Part shown: positions 1 to 12,950 of the stretch, in pieces
How positions within the stretch are numbered: position 1 is the first letter of the stretch
How the letters are laid out: each line of letters opens with the position of its first letter
NCBI GenBank assembly: GCA_965261985.1
Contig: OZ253490.1
Span: 5,378,141 to 5,442,140, forward strand
Direction: 5' to 3'
From: Alphaproteobacteria bacterium
GTDB lineage: Bacteria; Pseudomonadota; Alphaproteobacteria; Bin95
Length of the DNA: 64,000 bases
Made by a program: the position numbers and the translations under genes
The notes under the pieces: model-generated
What the model was told of the DNA's origin: nothing
Seen by the model: only the letters and a program-made list of their open reading frames with translations
Database searches by the model: none

Positions 1-80
1 GGTTCACCAACGCGAACTACGCCCATGTACAGGACGCTGCCGACTGACCGCCCGCGACCCGGAGGACGACCCTCGTCACC

Positions 81-1532
81 ATGCGCTTTGCCATTGCCCT
101 GATTCTGTTCGCTGTCATGGCGTCTGCGGCGCAGCCGCTTCGCGCCCACGGCACGCCGGACAGCTTTGCCGAGCTCGCCGAGAAGGCCCTGCCGGCGATC
201 GTCAACATCTCGACGCGGCAGACCGTGGAGCGGCAGCGCTCGCCCGACCTGCCGCAATTCCCGGAGGGTTCGCCCTTCGAGGAATTCTTCAAGAAGTTCT
301 TCGACCAGCAGCCGGGCGAGCGTCAGAACGCGCCGCCGCGCAGAGCCACATCGCTCGGTTCCGGCTTCCTCATCGACGCTTCGGGCATCATCGTCACCAA
401 CCACCATGTGATCGACAAGGCGGACGAAATCCTGGTCCGCCTCCAGGACGACAGGGAGTTGACGGCGGAGGTGGTGGGGCGCGACCCGAAGACCGACCTG
501 GCGGTGCTCCGGGTCTCGGCGGACGGGCCGCTGCCATTCCTTGAGTTCGGGGACTCGGACAAGGCGCGCGTGGGCGACTGGGTCGTGGTCATCGGCAATC
601 CGTTCGGATTCAGCAGCACGGTGACCGCGGGCATCGTCTCGGCCCGCAAGCGGGACATCCGCGCCGGACCCTATGACGACTTTATCCAGACCGACGCAGC
701 GATCAACAAAGGCAATTCCGGCGGTCCGATGCTGGACCTGGACGGCAAGGTGATCGGCGTGAACACCGCAATCACCTCGCCCTCGGGCGGCAGTGTGGGC
801 ATCGGGTTCGCGATTCCGTCCTCGCTCGCCGCGCCTGTGATCGACCAATTGCGCCGCTTCCGCGAGACCCGGCGCGGCTGGCTCGGCGTGCGTATCCAGA
901 ATGTGACCGAGGAAATCGCGGCGGCGTTCGAGGGCTTCGGCGAACCGCGCGGGGCACTGGTCGCGGCCGTCATGCCGGACAGCCCTGCCGACAAGGGGGG
1001 AATCCAGGCGAGCGATATCGTGCTTTCCTTCAACGGCAAGCAAGTGGAGAAGATGCGCGCCTTGCCGCGCATTGTGTCCGATGCGGAGGTCGGCGCGTCG
1101 GTGCCGGTCGAAGTGTGGCGGAAGGGCAAAGTCGAGCATCTGAAGGTCGTTGTCGGCCGCCTTGAAGAAAATGACCCGGCGAGCGCATCGGCGGAAAGCA
1201 CCACAAGCGAGCACCCGATCGAAGCGCTGGGGCTTGTGGTTGCGCAGCCGAACGACGACCTGCGCAAGGAATTCGAACTCGACGAGGAGACCCTGGAGCG
1301 GGGCGGTCTGGTCATTGTCGGGGTGGCGCCCGACAGCGACGCGGAACAGAAGGGGCTTGAGGCGGGCGACCTCATCCTGGAGGCCGACCACGGTTCCGTA
1401 AGCCGGCCGAAAGACTTGGAGGACCGCATCGCTGTCATGCGCGAGGCCGGACGGCGCTCGGTTCTGCTGCTCCTCAACCGGGGCGGCGAGGACCGTTTCG
1501 TGGCCGTACAGTTGCAGGCCGAAGCGGAGTAG
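81..1532 (+). CDS. degP: Do/DegQ-family periplasmic serine protease with two PDZ domains
   Basis: Signal peptide, TNHHV (His), DLAVL (Asp), QTDAAINKGNSGGP (Ser), RGWLGV PDZ start. Confidence 0.93.
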   Translation: MRFAIALILFAVMASAAQPLRAHGTPDSFAELAEKALPAIVNISTRQTVERQRSPDLPQFPEGSPFEEFFKKFFDQQPGERQNAPPRRATSLGSGFLIDASGIIVTNHHVIDKADEILVRLQDDRELTAEVVGRDPKTDLAVLRVSADGPLPFLEFGDSDKARVGDWVVVIGNPFGFSSTVTAGIVSARKRDIRAGPYDDFIQTDAAINKGNSGGPMLDLDGKVIGVNTAITSPSGGSVGIGFAIPSSLAAPVIDQLRRFRETRRGWLGVRIQNVTEEIAAAFEGFGEPRGALVAAVMPDSPADKGGIQASDIVLSFNGKQVEKMRALPRIVSDAEVGASVPVEVWRKGKVEHLKVVVGRLEENDPASASAESTTSEHPIEALGLVVAQPNDDLRKEFELDEETLERGGLVIVGVAPDSDAEQKGLEAGDLILEADHGSVSRPKDLEDRIAVMREAGRRSVLLLLNRGGEDRFVAVQLQAEAE

Positions 1533-1557
1533 GTCTCCTGAACGAGAGGACGGCGGC

Positions 1558-2688
1558 ATGAGCCGGATTGCACGCATCCGGATCGAGGTCTTTCGCGCGC
1601 CTATGCCGAGGCCGGTGGTTGCTTCCTTCGGCGCCATCGAGGAACGCGCCATCGCCATGGTCGCGGTGGAAGACGCCGACGGCGCGGTCGGCTGGGGCGA
1701 TATCTGGGGCAATTTCCCGTCGATCACGACGGAATACCGGGCCCGGCTGGCAGGCCGGTTGTTGCCGGACCTGCTGCTCGGCAAGACCGTGAACGACATC
1801 CCGGCGCACTACGCCGACACGATGCGGCAGTTGCGGGTGCTCTCGATCCAGTCGGGGGAATACGGCCCGATCGCGGCAGCGGTCGCCGCGGCCGACCAGG
1901 CGCTCTGGGACCTTGCGGCGCGGCGCCGGGGCGTTCCGCTGCGCCGGCTGCTCGATTCGGCCGCGCGGGACCGCATTCCCGCTTATGCGAGCGGCCTCAA
2001 TCCCGATGACGGGCCGGAAATGGCCGTGCGGGCGCGGCAGGCCGGCTACCGGAACTTCAAGCTCAAGGTCGGTTTCGGGGACGAGATCGACCGGGGCAAT
2101 GTCGCGGCGATCTGCCGGGACATGACGGACGGCGAGCGCCTCTTCGTGGACGCGAACCAGAGATGGGACCTGGAAACGGCGGAATGGGCGGCGGGCTGGC
2201 TCGCGGATGCCGGCGTCGGCTGGCTGGAGGAACCGATGCGGGCCGATACGCCGGACGAGGACTGGCGCCGGCTACGGTCGGCCACGCGCCTGCCGCTCGC
2301 CGGCGGGGAGAACCTGACTGACCACGGCCTGATCGACCGGGCGCTCGGCTGGCTCGACATCGTGCAGCCCGATGTCGGCAAGTGGGGCGGCGTTTCGGAC
2401 AACGCGGCCATCGCACGGCGCGCGCTCGCCGCCGGCCGGACCTATTGCCCGCACTGGCTCGCCGGCGGGCTGGGCCTGCTCCACTCGGCCAATATCCTGG
2501 CCGCCGTCGGCGGCGACGGGCTGCTGGAAATGGACGTCAACGCAAACCCGCTCCGCGAAGCGGTGGTCGGCGAGGCGCTCAAGGTCGAGGACGGCCATGT
2601 CCGCCTGCCGGACGGGCCGGGGCTCGGCATCGAGATCGACCTCGCTGCGATGGCCGGCTGGCAGGTCGGCTCCGCCGAGTTCGCCTGA
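1558..2688 (+). CDS. Mandelate racemase/muconate lactonizing enzyme (enolase superfamily) protein
   Basis: DQALWDL, KLKVG, VDANQ, WLEEP, GGEN and PGLGIE motifs; GAGGA RBS upstream. Confidence 0.88.
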   Translation: MSRIARIRIEVFRAPMPRPVVASFGAIEERAIAMVAVEDADGAVGWGDIWGNFPSITTEYRARLAGRLLPDLLLGKTVNDIPAHYADTMRQLRVLSIQSGEYGPIAAAVAAADQALWDLAARRRGVPLRRLLDSAARDRIPAYASGLNPDDGPEMAVRARQAGYRNFKLKVGFGDEIDRGNVAAICRDMTDGERLFVDANQRWDLETAEWAAGWLADAGVGWLEEPMRADTPDEDWRRLRSATRLPLAGGENLTDHGLIDRALGWLDIVQPDVGKWGGVSDNAAIARRALAAGRTYCPHWLAGGLGLLHSANILAAVGGDGLLEMDVNANPLREAVVGEALKVEDGHVRLPDGPGLGIEIDLAAMAGWQVGSAEFA

Positions 2689-2711
2689 AGCCGGCCTCGC
2701 ATCCGGTTCGC

Positions 2712-2811
2712 CGCCCCGGCCCCGGAGCCGGGTCCCATCCCCAGCCGTTTCGGCTTGGCGGGAAGGCCGGAAGATGGACCCCGGATATTCGCTTCGCTCC
2801 GTCCGGGGCGA
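2712..2811. repeat. REP/REPIN-like nested palindromic intergenic element
   Basis: Outer inverted repeat CGCCCCGG/CCGGGGCG, inner imperfect pair CCGGGTCCCAT/ATGGACCCCGG, central hairpin AGCCG-TTT-CGGCT; directly after a stop codon. Confidence 0.55.
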
Positions 2812-2909
2812 GGCGCAACACGGTCGGTTTCCGGTCTGACGGGAGCATCGGGTCCATGGCCGATGACTGCAATTCGTTCATGAATCATGAAATAATTCCC
2901 GGTAAGGGC

Positions 2910-2936
2910 TTGACCCCTGTAAAACCGTGGTAGGAT
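2910..2936 (+). promoter_or_regulatory. Possible sigma70 promoter (TTGACC-15 nt-TAGGAT, extended -10 TGG)
   Basis: AT-richer patch with -35/-10-like hexamers; spacer is short (15 nt). Confidence 0.3.
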
Positions 2937-3159
2937 GAGACAGGAGGAAGCGGCATCCGGAGGCCGCTTCGTCTCTCACCTCGCGCCGGCGCGAAAAAAC
3001 CCCAACGGAACGGACGGGAGACGTGCGCCCTGCGCTGGGCTCGCGCACGCAATCAGGCGCGCGATCCGCGCCGGCGCAGACGCATGCGCGCGAAACAGGG
3101 ACGCGCCGCAGGCAAGCCGGCGGCGGCGCGAACGGAACGAAACGCGATGGAGGAACGAC

Positions 3160-3315
3160 ATGCAGGATGCAGACGGGCGGAGCTTCACCGGGGCCGGCGG
3201 AGAGGGGCGCGGCGCGGCGGAACATGACATCGCATGCAGCGCGTCGATCAAGGTGAGATTCCGCGTCGATCTGGATGAGACGGGGACGGCGGGCCGAGAC
3301 GGAGGGAGGGCGTAG
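3160..3315 (+). pseudogene. 5' stub of a hypothetical gene truncated at the IS21 left end
   Basis: Strong GGAGG RBS before ATG 3160; the stop falls inside the IS21 terminus. Confidence 0.35.
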
Positions 3316-5771
<2,456 letters not shown>

Positions 5772-6041
5772 GCCATGCAACGGCGCCGACAGAGCGGCGC
5801 CGCCAACAACCGTTCCCGGCCCGCAGGAATACCCTTCCTTGCGGGCCGTCTTCTGCCTCCACACCTCCCCGGCGCGACACTGACCGATGGCGGCGAAATG
5901 CCTGTTTGTCGCTCCGCGACAATCAAAATAACCAAGCCCCTTGAAATCTCCGTCACCACCCGCAATCATCCTCACGCCGCTGACGCCGTGAATCTCATCC
6001 TGATTGTCGCGCGCGGTATCACCCTGATTGTCGCGCTATAG

Positions 6042-7532
6042 ACGGGAGACCGTGTTCTCGTTCATGCCTTTGCCAAGGGCACAGCGGCCGCCTGTCCTCG
6101 TTGCGGTCGGCTTTCACGGCAGGTGCACAGCCGTTATCGACGTGGACTGACAGACCTTCCGGCACACGGCCGCGAGGTGAAGATTTCTCTTGCCGTCCGG
6201 CGTTTCCGGTGTCGGACGAACCGCTGCCGGACGGCGATTTTCGCGGAACGGTTTTCCTCCGAGGTTACCAGCCCTCATGCACGGCGCACCTCCCGATTAC
6301 AGGGCCTGGTGCTCCAGCTGGGTCTCATGTTGGGCGGAAGGCCGGCGCAGGCGTTGGCAGAGCGGCTGTTGTTTCCGGTGAGCAAGGATACGTTCCTTCG
6401 GAGCGTGCGTGCTGCATCGCGCTGCGCGCCGGAACAGCTGCGCGTGATCGGGATCGACGATTGGGCCTGGCGACGCGGTCGGCGGTACGGAACCCTGATC
6501 TGCGATCTGGAACGGCGGCGGATCGTCGACCTTCTTCCGGACCGCGAACCTGCCACGGTCGAGGCCTGGCTGGCCCGCCACCCCGGGGTCGAGATCGTGG
6601 CCCGCGACCGCGATGGCGGTTACGGTCGCGCCGTTTCCCGGGCTCTTCCGAACGCAGTGCAGGTCGCGGACCGGTGGCATCTGCTCGACAATTGCGGGAA
6701 GGCCTTCCTGGCCGCGGTCCGTCGTTCGATGCCCGACATCCGAAAGGCCTTCGGTTCCAGGGCCATCGATCCCGACCTGCTGACGGGAGCCGAGAGGCTT
6801 CTGTATGAAGGGTTCCTGCGCCGCCAGTACACCAACTCGACGGTTCGACGCCTGGCCGGCGACGGCCTGCCGATCAAGCAGATCGTCCGCATGACCGGAT
6901 TGAGCCGCAATCTCGTTCGCCAGATTCTGCACGGCGAACGCGAGGATGCCTTTCGGCTGCGACAGAGCAGTATCGAGCCGTGGTTGCCCTGGCTCACGAG
7001 GGAATGGGAAAGCGGTTGCCGGAATGGCGCCGAACTGTGGCGCCGTCTTCGCGCAAAGGGGTTCGGAGGAAGCCTGCGTGTCGTCGGCGAATGGGCGACA
7101 CGACAGCGGCGCGCGGAAGCGTCTGCCTACTCCGCGCCGGGCAGATGTCCATCGGCGCGCAGGATTGCCCGCATGATGACGACGGCGCGCGATCGTCTCT
7201 CAAGGTCCGACGCCGTAACCGTGGCCCGGATCGAAGCCGCCGTTCCGGATCTTGCCGCAGCCTGTGCCTTGACCGGGCGCTTCGCCAACATGGTCAGAAA
7301 CGGCGAACACGACAATCTCGAAGAATGGCTGAGCGAGGCCGGAGGCAGCCTTCTCGCATCCCTCGCCCGAGGTCTGAACGCCGACAAGCATGCGGTTCTG
7401 GCAGCCCTTCGCGAGCCGTGGTCGAACGGGCAAACGGAAGGCCAGATCAACAAGCTGAAGGCCCTCAAGCGCCAGATGTATGGACGCGCCAACCTCGACC
7501 TGCTCAGAGCGCGCCTCGTGCCTGCCGCATGA
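6042..7532 (+). pseudogene. ISL3-family transposase, 5'-truncated by IS21
   Basis: Frame open from 6042 (TGDRVLVH...CPRCG...VHSRY), [32 protein letters not shown]; no start or left end before the IS21 boundary; right end GTCAGACC at about 7560. Confidence 0.85.
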
Positions 7533-7560
7533 CGAAACGTCATCGAAAGTGAGTCAGACC

Positions 7561-7606
7561 CAATATTGCACGCCGATCGGGGGTCAAACTTCAAAGCCGA
7601 TTGACA
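7561..7606. mobile_element. Orphan IS21-type terminal repeat remnant
   Basis: Reverse complement TGTCAATCGGCTTTGAAGTTTGACCCCCGATCGGCGTGCAATATTG: TG start and internal ATCGGC repeats typical of IS21 ends. Confidence 0.55.
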
Positions 7607-7704
7607 AACCATCAACGCCAAGCGGCTTAACATCAAACAAAGATGAGCCAGATCCTCCCTTATGAAACACGCTCAACAGTCCCATTTGTTTTGATGACGG
7701 ACAG

Positions 7705-8309
7705 GAGGTATAGAGCCGGCCCCAGGCGTAGCGGCTGTGGCAGTCGATGACGCTCTGCAGATAGACCTTGCCGATGCCCTTCAAGTGGCCGACGAAGAAG
7801 GTGTCCACGGCCACCAGGTCGCCCGTGTAGCGGGTCTCGATGTGGCGCTCGCGGAACTCCGGCGAGAAGCGTTCCAGCAGCCGGATCTGATCCTCGGAGA
7901 GCTCGATTCGCCTCTGGGCGACGCTCTTCTCCAACTGCAACAGCCGCTCGTGCTTGGTCAGCAGCTTGTGCCGGCTCCAGACCCCGCGCACCCCGCTGGA
8001 GGACACCTGGACGCCCGTCAGCATCAGCTCGTGCGAGACCCTGAGAGCTCCATGGCCCGGATGGTCCAGGCTGTGCGCCAGGATGGCGGCCTCGATCTCC
8101 GCGCTCACCCGGTTGGGGTGCGGCCCCCTGGCGCCGGGCAGACGGTCGATCAGCCCGTCGGCGCCGTAGGTCTGATAATTGCGCCGGATCTCGTAGAACT
8201 GTTGCCGGCTATAGCCCATGATCCGGCAGGCGCGGGACACGTTCTCCATCTCGCTCGCCAGTTCCAGCAATGAAAGCTTGCGTCGTGCTACCTTGTCCTT
8301 CGTGGTCAT
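7705..8309 (-). pseudogene. IS481-family transposase, 3'-truncated
   Basis: MTTKDKVARRKLSLLELA...NVSRACRIMGYSRQQFYE HTH, first DDE Asp (VAVDTF); homology stops after GRLYTS; left end TGT at about 8430. Confidence 0.85.
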
Positions 8310-8432
8310 GTCGTCTCTCCTGGCTCGGGTTGGCGATGAAGCTGCGAACTCCATCTTACAACCCCTCCAGGGGCGGCATGGCCACACCTCTCAGCGGGCC
8401 AAGGTGTCAGGTGAATACCGTCTCAGCACACA

Positions 8433-8593
8433 TTGTAGGATGCGCCGATCTCGGAAGCAGCGGTGACCAGCGGCTCGGCGCTCTGCTTGCTATGAATGTC
8501 GTGCAGTATCAGAAGCTCGGTGCCCTCCTCGGCCGCGCCAAGGAGGCTGACAGCCATTCTGGCATTCGTGAGTTTAGTCTGTGCTGAATCCAT
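8433..8593 (-). pseudogene. N-terminal fragment of an M29/aminopeptidase-T-fold protein, cut by IS481
   Basis: GGAGG RBS; KLTNARMAVSLLGAAEEGTELLILHD...AASEIGAS aligns by eye with KMPNARKLVNLLGQAKPGMEVLVLHD...AVTESGAS of the 19233 protein. Confidence 0.7.
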
Positions 8594-8709
8594 CTTTCCC
8601 TCCACCACGCATTTGTTCCGCTGCACCGCGACCTGAGACAGCTCCCCGGTGAAGGCGGGTTACGCTTCCTCCGCACCCCGCTGTGGGCTACGCAGGCGAG
8701 TTTCCGGCT

Positions 8710-10110
8710 TTAAGCCTGATCGCGCGCCATTTTTGGAATCTGCCCCTCCGTGCCGGCTCCCACTTCGTGCGATCGCGCGATCCGGAAGAGGAGTGCTTCT
8801 TCGTAGGGCGGAGCGATGACTTGCACTCCGACCGGCAGATTCGGGCCGACAATTCCAGAAGGAATGCATATCGCTGGCAATCCCAGCAGGTTCGCGGGAA
8901 GGGCCAGCCTTGAGAAGGCAGAAAGAATGGACTCGGAAGTACCGTCTGGCGCAACCCAGCTGTCCTCGCCGACTCGACTAGCCGGCGCTGCCACCGACGG
9001 CACGACGAGCGCGTCAATTTCAGAGAACATTTCCGCCCAGGCGCGTTGAACGAGGCCCCGCGCGCGCTGGGCGGAGATGTATTCCGTGGCCGACAAGAGT
9101 TCGCCGACGCGAAGCAGGGCGCGGACCTCCTCCCCATATCCATTGGGATCGCGATGCAGGGTATCCTGGTGATAGGCGCTTGCTTCCGCGAACATGATGC
9201 AGAAGTGAGTGGCCAGGAGCTCCCCCGAATACGGGAGCTTCAGCGTCACGCGACGGGCTCCCTGGGCCTCGAGAAGCGCGACGGAAGCCATCACACAATG
9301 AGATACATCGGGATGGATGTTGTCAAAGTAGTAGTCTTGTGGAACTCCGATCCTTAGACCCGAGACGCCACGGTCGATGTCGCTCGTATAGTCTTTGCTC
9401 TTCGCGTTGGAAGATGCGCCCACAGGCGGAGCGACGATGGCAGTCAGCCCGGCGGCCAAGTCCCAAACCGAACGCGTAAACGCCCCAACATGATCGAGCG
9501 ACCAACTCAGCGCGACTACCCCATTGCGGCTGACCAGGTCATAGGTGGGCTTCAAACCGTAAATACCGCAATGGCTGGCTGGACTGCGTATCGACCCGCC
9601 GGTATCCGAGCCGAGGGCGAGGTAACAATCGCCAGCCGCAATAGAAGCGGCCGAACCACCACTTGAGCCCCCGGGGACATGACCAGTGTTCCAAGGGTTG
9701 CGCGTCGTCGGTGTCGTGCAGCCGAATGCACATTCATGGGTGTTCGTCTTGCCGACGATCACCGCTCCCGCCGCCCGGAGCAGTGAAACGCAATCCGCGT
9801 CCTTCGTTGCCTTCACTCCGCTCCCGTAGTTGGAGCCAGCCATGGTTGGATGCCCCGCCACATCGAAGATATCCTTCACGGCCACAGGAATTCCGTGTAA
9901 CGGGCCAAGATAGTTGCCCGACGCGATTTCCCGCTCGGCAGCTCCAGCCTCCGCCATTGCGCTATCGGCAAACACCTCCACGAACGCGCCTATTTCTGCA
10001 TCCGTGGATCCGATGCGTGCCAGGCTTTGCGCCGCCAGTTCGACGGGCGAGACCGCTCCGGTCTTCACCTTCGCCGACAGCTCGCGGACCGTCAGCTCAT
10101 GTAGGCTCAT
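8710..10110 (-). CDS. Amidase signature family enzyme
   Basis: GIPVAVKD (Lys), PGGSSGGS, GSDTGGSIRSPA (Ser-cisSer-Lys triad). Confidence 0.92.
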   Translation of the reverse strand: MSLHELTVRELSAKVKTGAVSPVELAAQSLARIGSTDAEIGAFVEVFADSAMAEAGAAEREIASGNYLGPLHGIPVAVKDIFDVAGHPTMAGSNYGSGVKATKDADCVSLLRAAGAVIVGKTNTHECAFGCTTPTTRNPWNTGHVPGGSSGGSAASIAAGDCYLALGSDTGGSIRSPASHCGIYGLKPTYDLVSRNGVVALSWSLDHVGAFTRSVWDLAAGLTAIVAPPVGASSNAKSKDYTSDIDRGVSGLRIGVPQDYYFDNIHPDVSHCVMASVALLEAQGARRVTLKLPYSGELLATHFCIMFAEASAYHQDTLHRDPNGYGEEVRALLRVGELLSATEYISAQRARGLVQRAWAEMFSEIDALVVPSVAAPASRVGEDSWVAPDGTSESILSAFSRLALPANLLGLPAICIPSGIVGPNLPVGVQVIAPPYEEALLFRIARSHEVGAGTEGQIPKMARDQA

Positions 10111-10312
10111 GCGCGCCCCAATCTCTTCCCGGATCGAATTTCTGCGCTGGCTCCGAGTCCCTCAGATCGATCACCCTAAGCGGCCGCAATTGGACAGTCA
10201 GTTGCTGGAAGCTGTTCGTCACCAATTCCGCGTCGGCAAGCGGCATGCGCTGACGCACCAGACGGCGCACCTCTGATACAATGGACGCTATTTCTGTGTC
10301 GTCGCGTGACAT
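10097..10312 (-). CDS. Small (71 aa) AtzG/GatC-like putative amidase partner subunit
   Basis: AGGAGG RBS; overlaps the amidase start; C-terminal LRVIDLRDSEPAQKF resembles the partner at 53959. Confidence 0.65.
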   Translation of the reverse strand: MSRDDTEIASIVSEVRRLVRQRMPLADAELVTNSFQQLTVQLRPLRVIDLRDSEPAQKFDPGRDWGAHEPT

Positions 10313-10326
10313 TGTTCCGTCCTCCT

Positions 10327-11343
10327 TCACGAACGCCCGGGCGTTGCCGGGATATCCGCCGCCACGCTCGTTCGACTGTTGCCTCTGAAATAGCTGGCGA
10401 TCCAAGTCAAAAATCGCTCAATAAACGCCATCAATCCTCCGGGGAACAGTATAACGACCACAATAATAAGCGCCGAACTGATAATGTAGCGCCAAGGTCC
10501 AAAATTGAACATGAGTTCTGAAACAAAAATAAGGAGAAAGGCCGCGACTATGGGGCCATATATCGTCCCAATTCCCCCGAACACCAAGAAGCTCAGAATA
10601 AGCGTCAATAGATCAAAGCTAAATAAATCCGGCGATGCCACGCGGAAATACGTTGCGTAAAATCCACCGATCATTCCGGTGAAAAGTCCACTAGCCATCA
10701 GCATCAATAGCCGATTACGGGAGAGAGAGACTCCGCGACATACGGCATAGTCCTCGTTGTCCTTTAACGCCACAACTGCCAATCCGAAGTTGGATGTCAC
10801 CACAAATCTCAAGAATGTCGTGGATGCAATTAAGAGAGCTAGTCCAGCATAGTAGTAACCGATCTTTCCATCCAAGGCGAAATTATACTCCCCAATCCGA
10901 AGCGGAGGCAGCAGAACCATGCCGGTTGCGCCTCCTGTTACTTCGCGCTGGCTGAGCACCACCCGCAGCGCGAGCTCTGACACGGCGAAGGTGATCAGTA
11001 TGACGTAGATCCCGCGCAACCGGCGGATAGGGAAGGAAACAACCGAGGCCAGGATGACCGCCATTGCGCCGGCGCAGAGCATGGCGAGCCAAGGGTTTAC
11101 ATCCAACAACTTGCTCAAGATCGCACAGGTGTACGCGCCAACCGCAAAAAACCCCACGTGGGCCATATTGAACACGCCGCCGTAACCAAGACTGAGATCC
11201 CAGTTAGACACAACTACCGCATAGATGAACGCGGTGATCATCAGATGTAGAATGTATGTATCGCGCACGAGCAGGGGCAAAATAAGTAGGAGCAGCAGAA
11301 CGATGCCAAGCATAATAATTCGCGCAGTGAACAGATTTCTCAC
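10327..11343 (-). CDS. Branched-chain amino acid-type ABC permease (LivM-like)
   Basis: Multiple TM segments, GYGGVFNMAH, TGGATG, FGGIGTIYGP. Confidence 0.88.
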   Translation of the reverse strand: MRNLFTARIIMLGIVLLLLLILPLLVRDTYILHLMITAFIYAVVVSNWDLSLGYGGVFNMAHVGFFAVGAYTCAILSKLLDVNPWLAMLCAGAMAVILASVVSFPIRRLRGIYVILITFAVSELALRVVLSQREVTGGATGMVLLPPLRIGEYNFALDGKIGYYYAGLALLIASTTFLRFVVTSNFGLAVVALKDNEDYAVCRGVSLSRNRLLMLMASGLFTGMIGGFYATYFRVASPDLFSFDLLTLILSFLVFGGIGTIYGPIVAAFLLIFVSELMFNFGPWRYIISSALIIVVVILFPGGLMAFIERFLTWIASYFRGNSRTSVAADIPATPGRS

Positions 11344-11352
11344 GCTAGTGAC

Positions 11353-12225
11353 CTATTGCTTCCCGAACAAGCCCGTAGGCCGGGCAATCAGAATGATGAT
11401 CATAAGGACAAAAAGCAGCACGGGTGTCCAGTAGAGGCCGATAAAGGCCGTGCTTGTCGCCTCGATGAGCCCGATGACGTAGGCACCCCCGATAGTGCCG
11501 GCAAGGCTGCCGATTCCGCCAAAGATACATACGATGAGCGCCTTGACGAGGGGCTCCGTCCCCATGCCGGGGACAATGAAGCGGATTGAGCCCAACAGGA
11601 CGCCGGCAAAAGCAGCGAGGCCCGCGGAAAGTCCGAAGGCGAGGCTGTACAACGCACGAACGTTCAGGCCAATCAGGAGCGCAACCTCGGGATTCTGGCT
11701 CACCGCGCGGATTGCCGCTCCGACGCGTGACACCTTGAGAAACACCCAAAGCGCAACGAGGAGAAGCGGCGAGAGGGTAATGACGACCGCCTCATGCGCC
11801 GACAACTTCACGGGACCGAGAGTGAACACGTCGTCGATGATAGGGGGAAGTTGCTTGAGCCTTGGCCCCCATGTTAGCAGAATGGAATTCTCGATGACAT
11901 TCGAGGCCGCAAGTGTCGTGATTGCTACAAGAAGAAGAACGTTGGCGCGACCGAGGAGCGGACGAACCAGAATCATCTCCGCAAGCGAACCCACGCCGAT
12001 CATGAAAGCCACGCTCGCTACCAAGCCGATGGTGGCACCAAGTCCGAAGCCCTCCGCCATTCCTATTTGCCAGGCCAGATAGGCTCCTAGCGTCATGAAG
12101 GCTCCGTGCGCAAAATTGAAGATGCCGAGCGTGGACCAAATGAGGGAGAGGCCGGTGGCCATGGCGGCGTAGAGCGACCCCAGTACGATCCCACTGACAA
12201 TTATGGTGAGAGCAGTATCGACCAT
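11353..12225 (-). CDS. Branched-chain amino acid-type ABC permease (LivH-like)
   Basis: GLSLIWSTLGIFNFAHG, GAAIRAVSQNPEVA, GGIGSLAG. Confidence 0.9.
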   Translation of the reverse strand: MVDTALTIIVSGIVLGSLYAAMATGLSLIWSTLGIFNFAHGAFMTLGAYLAWQIGMAEGFGLGATIGLVASVAFMIGVGSLAEMILVRPLLGRANVLLLVAITTLAASNVIENSILLTWGPRLKQLPPIIDDVFTLGPVKLSAHEAVVITLSPLLLVALWVFLKVSRVGAAIRAVSQNPEVALLIGLNVRALYSLAFGLSAGLAAFAGVLLGSIRFIVPGMGTEPLVKALIVCIFGGIGSLAGTIGGAYVIGLIEATSTAFIGLYWTPVLLFVLMIIILIARPTGLFGKQ

Positions 12226-12227
12226 AT

Positions 12228-12950
12228 TTACTTGCGGCCAAAATACATGGCGACAATGTCGGACTGGGTCAGTTGGGAGTCTTTATCGAATGCTGAAGTG
12301 ACGGCTCCATGGTTGATGAAATAAAGCTTGTTGCTGAAGGACATGAGAAACTCAACGTCCTGATCCACCGTAATGAGGGGAAGTCCCGCTGAACCGATTC
12401 GAATGATCGCCTCGCAAAGGCTTTTCTTGGCGCGTGGCGCGAGTCCGAGTGTTGGCTCGTCGAGCATAAGAATCTTGGGGTCCGCCATAAGTCCCATTCC
12501 GATGGCCAGCATCTGCCGTTCGCCGCCGGAAAGAGTACGAGACAGCTGCTTGCGGCGCTCAGCGAGGTGCGGAAAGAGCTCGAACACCTTTTCAAGGTAG
12601 GTGGTCCAGGCCGCCCGGACTCGCTTCGGCTGTCCGGCAAGCCACAGGTTCTCAAGCACCGTCATCTCAGGAAAGAGCAGACTGCTCTGCGCCACGTGAG
12701 TGATACCGCGGGCCACGATCTGTGTCGGTGACAGACCGTCGATGCGTTCTCCCTGCTCACGGATCGTTCCGCGCCAAGGGCGCAAGAGACCGGAAATAGT
12801 CTTTAGAAGGGTGGATTTTCCGTGGCCGTTCGGGCCGAAGAGTCCGATGTTTTGACCATACGCAAGCTGAATTGAAAGGCCGTGGAGGACCTGAGTTTTT
12901 CCATACCCCACCTCGATATCCGACGTCTCAAGCAGGTTTTCAGCGCTCAT
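12228..12950 (-). CDS. ABC ATP-binding protein (LivF-like)
   Basis: GPNGHGKS, LSGGERQMLA, LDEPTLGLAP. Confidence 0.92.
   Translation of the reverse strand: MSAENLLETSDIEVGYGKTQVLHGLSIQLAYGQNIGLFGPNGHGKSTLLKTISGLLRPWRGTIREQGERIDGLSPTQIVARGITHVAQSSLLFPEMTVLENLWLAGQPKRVRAAWTTYLEKVFELFPHLAERRKQLSRTLSGGERQMLAIGMGLMADPKILMLDEPTLGLAPRAKKSLCEAIIRIGSAGLPLITVDQDVEFLMSFSNKLYFINHGAVTSAFDKDSQLTQSDIVAMYFGRK

Noticed and set aside
8710-10312. gatA/gatC assignment for either amidase pair
   Set aside because: There is no gatB, the context is transport/catabolism, and there are two paralogous copies.
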